Of a DNA stretch of 64,000 bases, positions 45,476 through 58,317 are shown one piece after another (positions within the stretch are counted from its first letter, which is position 1; the number at the start of each line of letters is the position of its first letter). The notes under the pieces were generated by a model. The model saw nothing but the letters and a program-made list of their open reading frames with translations, was not told the DNA's origin and did no database searches. The stretch lies in the NCBI GenBank assembly GCA_964016885.1, contig OZ024740.1, forward strand, positions 328,228,001-328,292,000. The letters run 5' to 3'. The position numbers and the translations under genes are program-made. This DNA comes from Eledone cirrhosa. Lineage: Eukaryota.

Positions 45476-46226
45476 ACGTGTATATAATCTAAACCACTAC
45501 AAAGAAACATGTATTTGATGGGTACAAATATCCATTCAGTCTTAGTATTATGAAATGATCGTACTAACTTGCATATAATTAGCGCTTGTTTTGGTAATTA
45601 ATTAATATATATAATAAGAATTGCAATAGCAGCCGAGGTATATGATATTATATATAAATATATAACTTTATCATACACTTCGTTATCAATTTACAAGGAA
45701 ATTCGTTTATTTCTGGCATGTTTATATCCTGACATATTAGATATGTGTGTATATTTATACAAGTTGGTGCAATCTCGGTTATACGCGCTGTATTTATACA
45801 TATATAACTTTATCATACAGTTTATTATTAGTTGAGTAGCTAATCCATCCAATGGTTAAATTAGTAACCGGGTGCTTGTTCGATTGTCAATTGTCAAGGC
45901 TCATTTGTCACACATTCTGTGATCTTCTCAATGAATATTCCTGCTCCTCTTTGACATCTCTTTGTTCTGATCCTGTTCCATTTCTTACTTCATATTTTGT
46001 GTGGTGTCATACTCAGCTAACTGATAAATGTATTAATTACTCAACTAATATTAAAACGTAGTGTAACTCAAGTGGTGGGTGTATTCTATTGGCAGTATGA
46101 CCCTCCTAAATTATAACACTATCTGATTCAACACACGGTCTCATATAAAGAATCTTACAAAAAAAATACTGGTAGGATGTAACCTAGTACAACCAACTTC
46201 ATGGGGTCGAACCTTCTTAGATGAAC

Positions 46227-46259
<33 letters not shown>

Positions 46260-46721
46260 TGTATGTATGTATGTATGTATGTATGTATGTATGTATGTAT
46301 GTATGTATGTATGTATGTATGTATGTATGTGAATATGAGAGTATTTATAAGTTTGTAGAGGTATTGGTGTGTGTGTTAGTGTGTAAGTTTGTGAAGAAAT
46401 TACAATGCGTATAAGCACACGTTTATGTTTGAGCTGTTGATACTGATTAGTTTCTGACCGCGAGTAATTTTAGTTGAGACAGTCGTTGTTTTTGTTGTTG
46501 TTGTTGTTGCTCTTGTTGTTGTTAAAACTGATATTATTATTGTTTGGTTTATTGTTGTTGTATTTGTATGTTATTGCTAAAATTTGTTGTTGTTTTTATA
46601 CCTTTTACTGGGGGTATTGTTATTAACACAAAGGATTTTTGTAGATCAAAGACAGGTCTGCAATATTTAATACAATCAAGATAAAAATGAATGTCAGACG
46701 ATACACACGCACACACGCGCG

Positions 46722-46776
<55 letters not shown>

Positions 46777-46794
46777 ACACACACACACACACAT

Positions 46795-46825
<31 letters not shown>

Positions 46826-47933
46826 ATTATATACATTTGTATGTATGTGTGTGTGTATGTAAGTATGCATGTATGTATAGGTATGTTCATATATATAAAT
46901 ATATACACACATACACACGCACATATATATATATATATACATATATACACACATATATACATACCTACATACATACCTACATGCATACACACATAGGTAT
47001 ACAATTACGCATATATACATACCTACATACATACCTACATACATACATACCTACATACATACATGCATACATACATACATACATACATACATACATACAT
47101 ACATAGGTATACAATTATATGCTCATATATGTGAACGTAGGTGAGAAAGAGGGAGTTTGTACACGTATACTTAAATATGTATGTATGTCTTTATGTGTGG
47201 AAGAGCGAATCCCGACTCCCTGTTATTCTGACAGTTTGAGTAATCCCCTGAAATTGAGAGCTTTTGTACTGTTAATAAAAGATTATCTTAAATTTCAAAA
47301 GGAAGATCCAGAACAAATGAACAACAAAACCGACTGCACGTTTTTTTTTTAAAGCTGTTACATTGGCTGTGAGATTAGTCGAGTTGATAAGAAAACAGTT
47401 TGTACATTATAAAAGGCGTTGATTTCTCGAGAAATACGTTCAATTTTCCCGAATTTCGTCTTATCTCTCTTCTTCAATGTTTCCTTAACCCTATAACGCT
47501 TGTAATAACTATAATTATTGTATAATTATTGTCGCTTCAAATATTGCTTGAGGACTTTGACCGTACGACCCTCTCACGAATATGTGGTTGAAGAAGAAAA
47601 GAAGCTTCAAATATTATGCTCTTATGTAAAAAAACAAAACCAAAAAAATACTAATAAATGTGAAAGCTTGAACGGTTTCTCATGATTCTTTGCGTTTGGA
47701 CAACATTGAATGCATGCAAGCAATCATAAAATCAGGATTTGATATTTGAACACGAGTACATTATATACTGCATATACTTGTGTAACAGTCGATTTTTTAA
47801 AGTATTTTCTTGTTTGTTTGTTTAATGTATGTTAAATTTATTACGTCAACTATTACACATTCTAAAAGCTGAAATTAAAACTACAATCCAAGCCTTTTGG
47901 GAGTATGAACTGGAGTATAACAAACCATTACAG

Positions 47934-48256
47934 CAGTTGTTCCCAACCTTTTGTGCAACATGCCCCACCTCAACATCTAAATTTGTTTAATCTTCCCCTT
48001 TGACATGAAAGCAGCAATGACCAACTGTAAAGTGTAAGCAAATTGGTGTATAAGTGGTGTCAAATGCACAATCACATATGGAGGAGGTGATAGGAGTTTC
48101 CGACAGTAATGTGCACCAACGTTGCCTTGGTGTAAAAGTAATAAAATAAAACCTGAGGTTTGTTCTCATTAACATCATTTTCAAATGCCCCCCCCCCCCC
48201 CTTAAATATTCAAATTTCCACCTTGTGGGGTGTGCACCACACGTTGGGAATCACTG
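47934..48256. mobile_element. hAT MITE with 8-bp TSD
   Basis: TIRs CAGTTGTTCCCAAC / GTTGGGAATCACTG; flanks CATTACAG (47926-47933) and CATTACAT (48257-48264) with central TA, as in Buster-type hATs. Confidence 0.8.
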
Positions 48257-48269
48257 CATTACATTGATA

Positions 48270-48459
48270 ATGGTTTTTGATTTAGGCATACATCCACAAA
48301 TGTTGGAGGAAAGGGAAAGTCGATTAAATCGATTCCAGTGCTTTACTGGTACTTTATTTTATCATCTCCGCAAGAATGAAAGGCAAAGTTAATCTTGGCG
48401 GGATTCGAACTCAGAACGTAAAGAACCGTGCTCTACAGATTCTGCCAATCCACCGCCTT
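48270..48459 (-). mobile_element. tRNA-derived SINE
   Basis: Same family. Confidence 0.8.
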
Positions 48460-48746
48460 TAACATTATGGTAATAATACCATTGTTTCTATGACTCAAAC
48501 CTATCTTCGTACTACCAAAGCATACACGTAAAGCCACGTAGCTCTTATAAATAGTTTCACTTACGTACATCCTGATGTAATAACGTAGTATATTCACTTC
48601 TTCACAGCAATATAGGATAATACCTTCACAAATGTTGATCTGTTGCATGTAAAGAACCAGCATCGACTTTTGCTATATGTGGAAAAATCCGAATTTTGAC
48701 GCAACGAATAGGGATCGACATTTACATGGGATTATACTTCATATAT

Positions 48747-48810
<64 letters not shown>

Positions 48811-48990
48811 TGCTTAATATATCATAGAAATAGCTTCTACGTGAAAAGAACTGTTTCATTCAAAAGAAATCATCAGAGCTTTCCTGATGATTTCTTTTGA
48901 ATGAAACATGATGTTTACACTCTAATAATGTATTGAGTACCTTACTAACTGTGGTTACCACCGATTGAACACGGGATTCACAAACACACA

Positions 48991-49029
<39 letters not shown>

Positions 49030-49109
49030 TTAATTTTTTATGAGAATAGTTTGCCAGTCCGTATCATATAATATAGAGACACAGTAACTAGTTTGTTTAA
49101 AACTATTAG

Positions 49110-49291
49110 TAATTGTTTCTACTTTTAGCACAAGGCCAGCAATTATCCCAGTACGTTACTGGCGCTTTATTTTATCGACCTTGAGAGGATGAAAGGAAAA
49201 GTTAACCTCGGCGGGATTTGAACTCAGAACGTAAAGGGCTATAACTCTATGCTGCAAAGCATTGTGTCTGACGCTCTACCGATACTGCCAA
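49110..49291 (-). mobile_element. tRNA-derived SINE
   Basis: Same family. Confidence 0.85.
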
Positions 49292-50486
49292 CAACATCTC
49301 ATTACCCAATTCTACATTGTCAAACTTCACCCCTGTATATCTAAACCTAAACCGTTTAGTGCTATAGAGTTCACTATGATTTATGGCACTGTAGAAGATA
49401 ACAAAATAGATTATAATCTATGTTAACTAGACCGTACATTTCGACAAATAATCTTTCTGGGTAAAAAAAATCTGAAGTAAATTGTGAAATAAAATAAAAT
49501 AATCATGAGAATAAGGAAACCAACCAATTAATCCACCACAGAACCAATCAAATATACTATCTTTTTAACTAACCAAGTAATTAGTTATGATATTACTGCA
49601 CTAAGTAATTATGTAAATAGTACATGTACCTCCCAACCAGTGAACTACGTAATCAGATAACAAAGAAACAAAGAGGTGAAAAAACAAAAATTCAAATCAT
49701 GGTTTATATGAAACTCTATTAGTACAGGATCTATTGAAGCAGGAGGAGTTTGTCTAGAAGAAAGAGCACGCTCTTTTGCAATCTATTTTTTGACGTTGCC
49801 ATTTACTGCTCTGCTATCAATATAATTTATCACGTCTGGACGTTAGTTCCGCCATGTTAACTCAATCATCAACAGTATCTTTTTTGTTATAAAATGCCAA
49901 ACAATTTTCTTAGAGAAAAGGAAACATTTCTCTTGTTCTGAGTCCTAACTAGGCGATGGACAAGGTTAGATCGACACCTCGGTTGTTTGCTTGTTAATAC
50001 GATATATTAATTAGAAATATCAACTAAAGTGCGATGTTGGGTTATTTTTAAATAAACACACATACTCACACGGACACGCACTCACATGCCCACACGCATA
50101 CATACCTGCATACATACCTGCATACATACATTCATACATACATACATACATACATACATACATACATACATACATACATACATACATACATACACACGCA
50201 CGCACACATACACACACATACACACACACACACATATATATATATTTATATATATAAATGTAATCTGAGTTTTTCGAATATTAATAATAACATTCGATTC
50301 GTTTGCAATTATGCAAACAAGCCTCAATTTTATAGCCAACATAAGAGCAAGAATGAAGTGTTCATTCTACTGACATGGCTATAAATTGAGGCTGGTTTGC
50401 ATAATTGCAAACGAATCGAATGTTATTATTAATATTCGAAAAACTCAGATTACATTTATTGTATTTAGCCATGTAGAGCGAAATTT

Positions 50487-50549
<63 letters not shown>

Positions 50550-51446
50550 TCCTTAACTATACAAATTCTGCGCAATTCAAGCCTAGGACTCCTTCGAAAC
50601 TACAAGAATATGGCAATGTTTCGTCTCATTCAATAAGAATAAGAATAATCCTAGAATAATACAGACTAAGACATCTAACTAATCATTCAACTTGCTAGAT
50701 ATACCAACCAAATCTCCATCCAACCCAACCATATTCTCTGTCAAAAGGAAACGACACATTGATAAACTAGTGCTATGGTTATTTCTAAAAACACTGGATG
50801 GTTGTCTGGAACGCCTTTGATGATAGTCATGCCCTCTCAGTGTTGATATGTGGCTAAACAACAACCGATGTAATGGTTCAACGTTTGATCTAATATTCCT
50901 ACAAAGCAACTAATACACTATTCATTTCATCTCCCACCCCTACAATTTCTACACTGTGCCAGTCATGGTAGTATAATCGTAATAGCCAGGTTTACAGAAT
51001 ATACCACCTCACTTCATAACATCAATCCTATCAAACATCACACAGTCTCATTTTCCCCCACGCTTATAAATTTGTAAGGATTAACCAATGAAATTACATT
51101 TAAAAAAGAGGGCAAGAAGATACATCTATTCTACCAGATGTTTCTTACTTTTGTATTTGAAACGCTTGAGAATCTTAAGATCTAAAGAAAATACGGAATT
51201 CGGAGACTGCATCTCTGCAGTGAACCAAAATAACTATGTAATCACTAAAGAGTCATGAAGTGGTCTAATTTGGCCTGAAGTGAAAGGCTTTACGTAGAAA
51301 ATAGATTTACACATTTCAAAGACCTGTTATTATCTAGTGGAAAATCACGCAAATAGTATTTACACATAGTAGGAATGTATGACTATACATACACACAAAC
51401 AAACATATATACACATACAAATACACACACGCACACACACACACGC

Positions 51447-51490
<44 letters not shown>

Positions 51491-51535
51491 TATATATATA
51501 TATATATAAATATATACACACACGTGTATATATAC

Positions 51536-51595
<60 letters not shown>

Positions 51596-51599
51596 GCAG

Positions 51600-52650
51600 T
51601 TCAGAAATCTGTGAGAAACACAACTATATGTGTGGCTCGTACAAGCAGGCCCAGGAGCAATTTCATGCATTTTTTTGGAATGGACAAATCTCCTGTCAAA
51701 GCCAATATAGAAGAGGTTTGAGACCAATGGGACAGTGAAGAACCTCAATAAAATGCCGGAGAACAACACCATCCATTCTGGACGACATAGGAAGCGTACA
51801 CAAGAAGGGTGTATGGTCCGTACACAAGGAGATTAATATGGTTTGAGAGTCTGTTGAACAGGGCCAAAAACGATCTCTGTGTAGAAGCCAATCCTTGGTT
51901 CCCTCCACAGACACATGCAGAAATGTTGTCAAAGAGGTTCTTAAAAAGTTCACCAACAGAATATTGACTAAACAAAAACTTACTGTAGTTGATAAGACCA
52001 AGAAAAAGGCCATGGCTGACAAAATGGTGGAGAAGTTGGAAAAAAAAACTCAACTTTTTAAAATCTGCCATGGACCGTTGATGAAGCCCCCTTTCACTTA
52101 GAGAGGGAGATCGACTCTAAGAACAATGTTTTTTGGGGTTCAGATAAACCCACAGAAATGACTGCGAAACCTCTTCACTGGGCTGCCATTTCTGTGAGAG
52201 GGATGATTGGCCTATTCTTCTTTTAAATGGTGTCACTGCTACAGTCACCAACAATGATAGCTGGAGGTCTTGGAAGACTTCAAAAAGAAGCTATAGACCA
52301 TATAGCCATTTATTATGAATAAGGTCTTGTTCCATGAAGATGGAGCAAACGTGCCGATCTCCAATGAGTCGCGAGAATAGATGAAAAATAACATTGGAAA
52401 ACGGCGGTCAGTTTGAAGACTGATTCTTAGTGGGCCCCCCACGGACCTGATTTAAGCCAACAGATATCTTCATTTGGAGCTATTTGAAGGGTATATGTCA
52501 TCAAACGCAGGACCATCACTGAAAGCATCAAGGAGATCAGAGCTATCCCTAAGTCTATTTGTAAAGACGCTATGCTACACTTCACTATGCGCTTAAAAAA
52601 TGCACGGATTCAAATGAGGATCACGTGGGACATGTGCTGTAACTCTGGAC
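51600..52650 (+). pseudogene. Tc1/mariner-superfamily transposase relic
   Basis: KNNVFWGSDKP, IGLFF, FHEDGA (cf. FQQDGA), WAPHGPDLS..DIFIWSYLK (cf. WPPRSPDL..DFFLWGYLK); frameshifted. Confidence 0.8.
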
Positions 52651-52789
52651 AGAAACAGCAACAGATAAAGGATCTTTGATATAGTTTCTTTAATGGTTTG
52701 AATTAAATATGTTCGGAGTTTCATCAAATTTCTTCAAACAATAATGTAGACAAAAGGGTCCGTTTGTTTAGTATATGTATGTATGTATG

Positions 52790-52823
<34 letters not shown>

Positions 52824-53548
52824 TGTATGTATGTATGTATGTATGTATGTATGAGGGAGCTTATAGATAGGACAACACACGCTGTCTCTTCGTGGGGTAA
52901 GTTTTTAATTAATTTTTGTATTCTGAAACATCAAAATACAACAATTTGTTGGTTACTGGACTCGGGAATGTCACGACAGAAGTTTGTGGAAGTTACACAA
53001 ATATTTTAGTATATTTTAGCAGAGCAATCCTTATTTATATTTTACATTTACTTACATCTCAATATAACATGGCTAGAATTCAAATTTTGCTAAGAGAAGA
53101 AAACGGTCAAATGAACTAGATACATCTCACTGTCCACACCACCACAATAACGTCTACACTCTCTCCCCACCATCACATGTCATTACCATACCATACCCTA
53201 TCGAGACTAAAGTCATCGACCTGTTGTCAAACTCTCTACTCTCTGATGAATGTATATATATATATGTGTGTGTATGTATATGTGTGTATATACATCACTC
53301 AGTCAAACAACCAGATTTCAACCCCAACATCTACAACAACAACAACACCGGCACTAATGTTTACAGCAACAACAGCTTCAGAATGAACTGAAATGAACAT
53401 TTACAACAATTACAACAACAACAACAACAGCGGCATCAAAACATAAAAAAAGGAAGGGAAAAGAAAAAAGAAAAGGGAAGGGGGAAAAAAAAAAAAAAAA
53501 AAAAAGGAGAAAAAAAGAAAGGAAAAAAAAAAAAAAACTCAAAATAAC

Positions 53549-53593
<45 letters not shown>

Positions 53594-54059
53594 CGGAACA
53601 ACAACATCAACTGCCACCACCACCACCACCGCCACCGCCGTCGCCATCACCATCACCAGCGACCTTAAGAACAACTTTAATAATAATTTTTCTGCTTTTG
53701 GCACGGATCCAGCGACTGGCCAGCGCATCACTGGTACTCTCTTTTGTTGACTCCGTGGAGAGCCATAACTCTATGCTGTAAAGCAATTATAGTAATACTG
53801 GACTGTAATACGATCGGCTTCAACTATACAAACTCTTGAAAGTCAACAGTTGACATAATCTGGTAATCTTGTATCAGTAATGACGGTAATATATATATAT
53901 ATATGTGTGTGTGTGTGCGTGTAAGTGAGTAGAGTAGCGTGTGTGTGTGTTTGTTGTGTGTGTGAGTGTTGCTGTGTGCACGCATATGTATGCGTGTGTG
54001 TGTATGTCGTACGTATAAGTGTCAATAAGTAATTTTTTTTTTTTTTTTTTTTTTTTTTT

Positions 54060-54360
54060 GCGCGGGGACATAGAAATAATCGGGCTGGATGCCCGATCGC
54101 GCAGTTAAACCACTGGGAGTGAAGAACCCCTAGCCCATGTCAGGGTATTCTTCTAGGAGAAGGCATCTCAGGAAACTGGGTTAACTCCGATATAAAACCT
54201 GCGGCTCAGTAGTTACCGATGATGTTGATCTTTTCTTCTTTTCGGGTTATAGCTACTGTCGCTCAGAGAGTGGGATTGGTTCAGTGCACAGTCTTTCCTC
54301 ACTTTAAAAATATTCGTCACGCACAGGCATTGCACGAGTGCATTAATAATTATTAATAGT

Positions 54361-54397
<37 letters not shown>

Positions 54398-54402
54398 TAT
54401 TA

Positions 54403-54436
<34 letters not shown>

Positions 54437-57400
54437 CCCAATTCAATGATGTTCCAGAACAATGTAAACGAGATAATTGCCAATTTGGGTTCTGGAACAA
54501 CAAAAAAGATCATTGGCAATAAGGGCAGGGGCCCCAAGTTATCACAACCTGGGCCCGCCCGTCATCGTGCCATTGTAATAGAGCCAAACAGGGCATTTAG
54601 TCTTGGCTGCTGGAACGTACGGACGCTGCTTGACAGGGATTCTTTGGAGCGTCCTGAACGAAGGACCGCTCTTGTTGCGAAGGAGCTTCGACGTTACGAT
54701 CTTGACATCGTGGCTTTGTCTGAGACGAGGTTAGCTGGAGATGGTCATCTTACGGAATTTTGTGGAGAATATACATTCTTCTGGAAAGGAAGAGATGAAG
54801 GAACCAGAAGAGAGGCTGGGGTAGGATTTGCTGTTAAGACTGTACTGGTGAATAAATTAGAAGAATTCCCAGTGGGGATTAGTGAGCGTCTTATGTCCAT
54901 GAGAGTTCCGCTGGACAAGGGAAGATATGCTACCCTGGTGAGTGTGTATGCTCCAACTATGAATTCTGTCGATGAAGAAAAACTGTCCTTTTACCATGCC
55001 TTGAAAGGTGTTTTAAGAAATATCCCTCAGGCAGACAAAGTCATCGTGCTTGGTGACTTTAATGCTAGAGTGGGTAGGGATTTTAACACATGGAATGTAA
55101 TCGGAAGGCATGGGGTGGGAAAGTGTAACAGCAATGGTATGCTCTTGCTGCAGATGTGTGAGGAGCTGGATCTGTGTGTTACCAACACCATGTTCCAACA
55201 AAAGAACAAATTCAAGACCACATGGATGCATCCTGCATCTAAGGAATGGCATCTTTTGGACTACGTCCTAGTCAGGATGCGTGACAGACAGGATGTGCGG
55301 TGTGTTCGTGTTCTTCGTGGAGCTGAGTGCTGGACGGACCACCGCCTGGTACGCGCAAAAGTGAATCTAATCACCAAACGTAAAATCCGGGTTCCTGGTG
55401 TTACCCTGCCCAAAAGATTGAATGCTGCTCGTCTTAAGGATAAAAATGTGAAGAGGACATTGGAAGAAGAGATGCAGGCTGCAGATCTTGGTGAGGATTG
55501 GCCGACCCTTAAAAAGTCGGTTTATGATGTAGGCAGACGTGTTCTGGGATTGGTGCAGAGAAAACATCAGGACTGGTTTAATGAGAAAGATGTGCATATA
55601 GATGACTTGTTGGCTGATAAGAGGCGCGCTCTGTCACGCTACTTGACGGCAAGACCACAGGAGAGGAATACGTTGCATGAGGAGCTCAGGGATGTAAAAT
55701 CACGTGTTAGGCGGAGTCTTTCTCAGATGAAGGATCAGTGGTGGAGTGAGAAGGCTGGTGAGATACAAACTGCGTCTGATTGCAATAACACAAAGCTGTT
55801 GTACAGTCTCTTGCGTGAGGTTTATGGACCGTCTTCTTCTCTGGTGACACCGATTCGCAGCAAGGATGGCAAAGAACTTCTTCGTGACTCACAGGGAATT
55901 CTACGAAGGTGGCGAGAGCACTTTGATGATCTTTTGAATCAGCCGTCTGTCGTCAGTGAAGATTTCCTCAATCTCATTCCGGAAAGTCCTGTGAAAGTAG
56001 CTCTCGCAGAGCCTCCGACACTTGTGGAGGTTGCAGTGGCTATTTCGAAGCTGAACAGTGGAAGATCTCCAGGTATGGATGGCATACATGCTGAGCTCCT
56101 ACAATATGGTGGTGAGAGACTCCTGCAACATCTTCACTCTCTGTTTGGAAGGATATGGGCTAATGAATCCGTGCCTGAGGACTGGAGAGATGCAGTAATG
56201 GTGGTCTTGTACAAGGGAAAGGGTAACAGGAATGATTGTGGGAACTACAGAGGTATATCATTGCTTTCTGTCGTGGGGAAAGTTTTATGTAGGGTGCTTC
56301 TGGACCGTCTGCTGACACACATTGCAGATTGTGTCCTTCCTGAAAGTCAATCTGGTTTTCGTGTTGGACGCGGCACTACTGATATGATCTTCTCAGCTAG
56401 ACAGCTCCAGGAGAAGTGCATTGAACAGGGCTTGGATCTGTATCAGGTTTTTGTCGATCTGACAAAGGCTTTCGATACTGTCAACAGAGATGCATTATGG
56501 AAGGTTCTCCAGAAACTTGGTTGCCCTGATAAGTTCCTTGCTTTAGTTAGGTCTTTCCATGACGACATGAAGGCTTGGGTTAATGTCGGAGGTAACATGT
56601 CGGAGCCTATCTCAGTAAAAAATGGAGTGAAACAGGGGGATATTCCAGCACCGACCCTGTTTGCCATATACTTTGCAATGGTTTTCTGTATTGCATTCAG
56701 GAATTGCGAGCATGGTGTTTACATCCGATATCGAACCTCAGGCAGCATATTTAACATCAGGCGCTTTGCTGCGAAGACAAAAGTATTTACATCAGTCATA
56801 AGAGACCTCTTGTATGCAGATGATTGCGATCTTGTAGCGCACACAGAGAGTGATATGCAGCAGATTTTGAATGTATTTTCTGACGCTTGCACTGCCCTGG
56901 GTTTGACTGTCAGTCTCAAGAAAACCGTCGTCATGTACCAACCTGCACCTGGTAGGCAGTACACTGAACCAAACATCTATGTGTATGGCAAACGACTTGG
57001 AGTGGTTGATCAGTTTGTCTACCTGGGAAGCACTGTCAATCGATACGGCAACCTTGACAGTGAAATCTCACTTAGGATTAGGAAAGCAAGTGATGCTTTC
57101 GGAAAGCTAGAAAGGCGACTCTGGGGTCGGCGAGACATATGCAGGAGGACAAAGGTAAAGGTGTACAGGGCATGTGTACTCTCTTGTCTTCTTTATGCCT
57201 GCGAGACCTGGGTCACATATCGACGCCACCTTAAGCAATTGGAGCGTTTCCATCAGATGTGTCTCAGACGGATACATGGCGTTCACTGGAGGGACCACAT
57301 CAGTGATGTCGAGATTTTGGAAAGCTCTATGTGTGACAGTATAGAAGCTCTTGTGCTTAAGCAGCGACTCCGTTGGAGTGGTCACCTTGCCAGGATGAAG

Positions 57401-58002
57401 GATTCTAGAATACCAAAACAACTCTTCTATGGAGAGTTGGTTAAAGGAAAACGACCGCCACATAAACCAAAAAAGAGGTATAAGGATTCCTTGAAGGCCT
57501 CTCTGAAAGACGCTAACATCTCTGCTGATACATGGGAAAATATTGCTGCTGATCGTAATAAATGGAGAAAGACTGTATATGAGGGAAAAGTTGCCTTTGA
57601 GGCATCTCGAATCGCACACGAGAAAGTAAAGCGGGACGTGAGGAAGGGTATTGCTGTTGCACTTCCAGACGGCGAGGGTCCTCCTGTGTTTCTGACATGC
57701 AGCGTCTGTGCGAGACTCTGCCTAAGCAAAGCTGGACTCGAAAGTCATCTTCGCAGTCATAAAGTAAGACCAGTGGTTGACTACCAGGCTGCTGTTGGAG
57801 ATGCTACTCATCATGCTTGCCAAACATGTGGTAGAGAATGTAAATCAGCAGGAGGACTCAAGCGACATGCAAAAGTACACGAACTCCAACCACAGCCGAC
57901 TATTCCCAGTAAATGTTTTGGTTGCCGACTCTGTGCAAGACATTTTGGATCATTGGCTGGGCTAAAAAGCCACATTCGATCGCAGCACTGTTAGTTGCTA
58001 TC

Positions 58003-58046
<44 letters not shown>

Positions 58047-58125
58047 GCTTATGTGCGTGCGTGTGTGTGTATATATATATGAATATGTATATTATTATTG
58101 TTGTTGTCGTTATTATTATTATTGC

Positions 58126-58201
<76 letters not shown>

Positions 58202-58317
58202 TTTTTTTTTTTTTTTTTTTTATTGTGCAATGGCCATACTCGATAACGAGGGGGCAGCCATCATGTATGTATGTATGTATGTATGTATGTATGTATGTAT
58301 GTATGTATGTATGTATG
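54060..58317 (+). mobile_element. Full-length RTE LINE including 5'UTR, 3'UTR and (ATGT)n tail
   Basis: GC-richer 5'UTR from about 54060, then the ORF. 3' terminus TGGCCATACTCGATAACGAGGGGGCAGCCATC followed by (ATGT)n. True 5' end uncertain. Confidence 0.85.
54446..57994 (+). CDS. Intact RTE-clade LINE ORF (AP endonuclease + reverse transcriptase + 3 C2H2 zinc fingers), about 1182 aa
   Basis: Uninterrupted ORF. APE motifs WNVRTL, ALSETR, GVGFAV, VYAPT, LGDFNARVG, LDY, TDH. RT motifs SPGMDG, YRGISLL, QSGFR, FVDLTKAFD, GVKQG, LYADD, YLGS. RTE-typical LRWSGHLARM/RIPKQLFYGEL. First plausible ATG is 54446; the track's poly-Y/F N-terminus is microsatellite. Confidence 0.96.
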   Translation: MMFQNNVNEIIANLGSGTTKKIIGNKGRGPKLSQPGPARHRAIVIEPNRAFSLGCWNVRTLLDRDSLERPERRTALVAKELRRYDLDIVALSETRLAGDGHLTEFCGEYTFFWKGRDEGTRREAGVGFAVKTVLVNKLEEFPVGISERLMSMRVPLDKGRYATLVSVYAPTMNSVDEEKLSFYHALKGVLRNIPQADKVIVLGDFNARVGRDFNTWNVIGRHGVGKCNSNGMLLLQMCEELDLCVTNTMFQQKNKFKTTWMHPASKEWHLLDYVLVRMRDRQDVRCVRVLRGAECWTDHRLVRAKVNLITKRKIRVPGVTLPKRLNAARLKDKNVKRTLEEEMQAADLGEDWPTLKKSVYDVGRRVLGLVQRKHQDWFNEKDVHIDDLLADKRRALSRYLTARPQERNTLHEELRDVKSRVRRSLSQMKDQWWSEKAGEIQTASDCNNTKLLYSLLREVYGPSSSLVTPIRSKDGKELLRDSQGILRRWREHFDDLLNQPSVVSEDFLNLIPESPVKVALAEPPTLVEVAVAISKLNSGRSPGMDGIHAELLQYGGERLLQHLHSLFGRIWANESVPEDWRDAVMVVLYKGKGNRNDCGNYRGISLLSVVGKVLCRVLLDRLLTHIADCVLPESQSGFRVGRGTTDMIFSARQLQEKCIEQGLDLYQVFVDLTKAFDTVNRDALWKVLQKLGCPDKFLALVRSFHDDMKAWVNVGGNMSEPISVKNGVKQGDIPAPTLFAIYFAMVFCIAFRNCEHGVYIRYRTSGSIFNIRRFAAKTKVFTSVIRDLLYADDCDLVAHTESDMQQILNVFSDACTALGLTVSLKKTVVMYQPAPGRQYTEPNIYVYGKRLGVVDQFVYLGSTVNRYGNLDSEISLRIRKASDAFGKLERRLWGRRDICRRTKVKVYRACVLSCLLYACETWVTYRRHLKQLERFHQMCLRRIHGVHWRDHISDVEILESSMCDSIEALVLKQRLRWSGHLARMKDSRIPKQLFYGELVKGKRPPHKPKKRYKDSLKASLKDANISADTWENIAADRNKWRKTVYEGKVAFEASRIAHEKVKRDVRKGIAVALPDGEGPPVFLTCSVCARLCLSKAGLESHLRSHKVRPVVDYQAAVGDATHHACQTCGRECKSAGGLKRHAKVHELQPQPTIPSKCFGCRLCARHFGSLAGLKSHIRSQHC

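Noticed and set aside
50540-51070. Possible Penelope RT remnant (RKRHID resembling WKRYIDD)
   Set aside because: Single weak motif, too decayed to support by eye.
54359-54445. Poly-Tyr/Phe N-terminus of the 1211-aa ORF
   Set aside because: Translated (TAT)n/(T)n tract from a non-ATG start; the real start is more likely ATG 54446.
55013-57729. Antisense ORFs within the LINE
   Set aside because: Short shadow frames of the main ORF without motifs.
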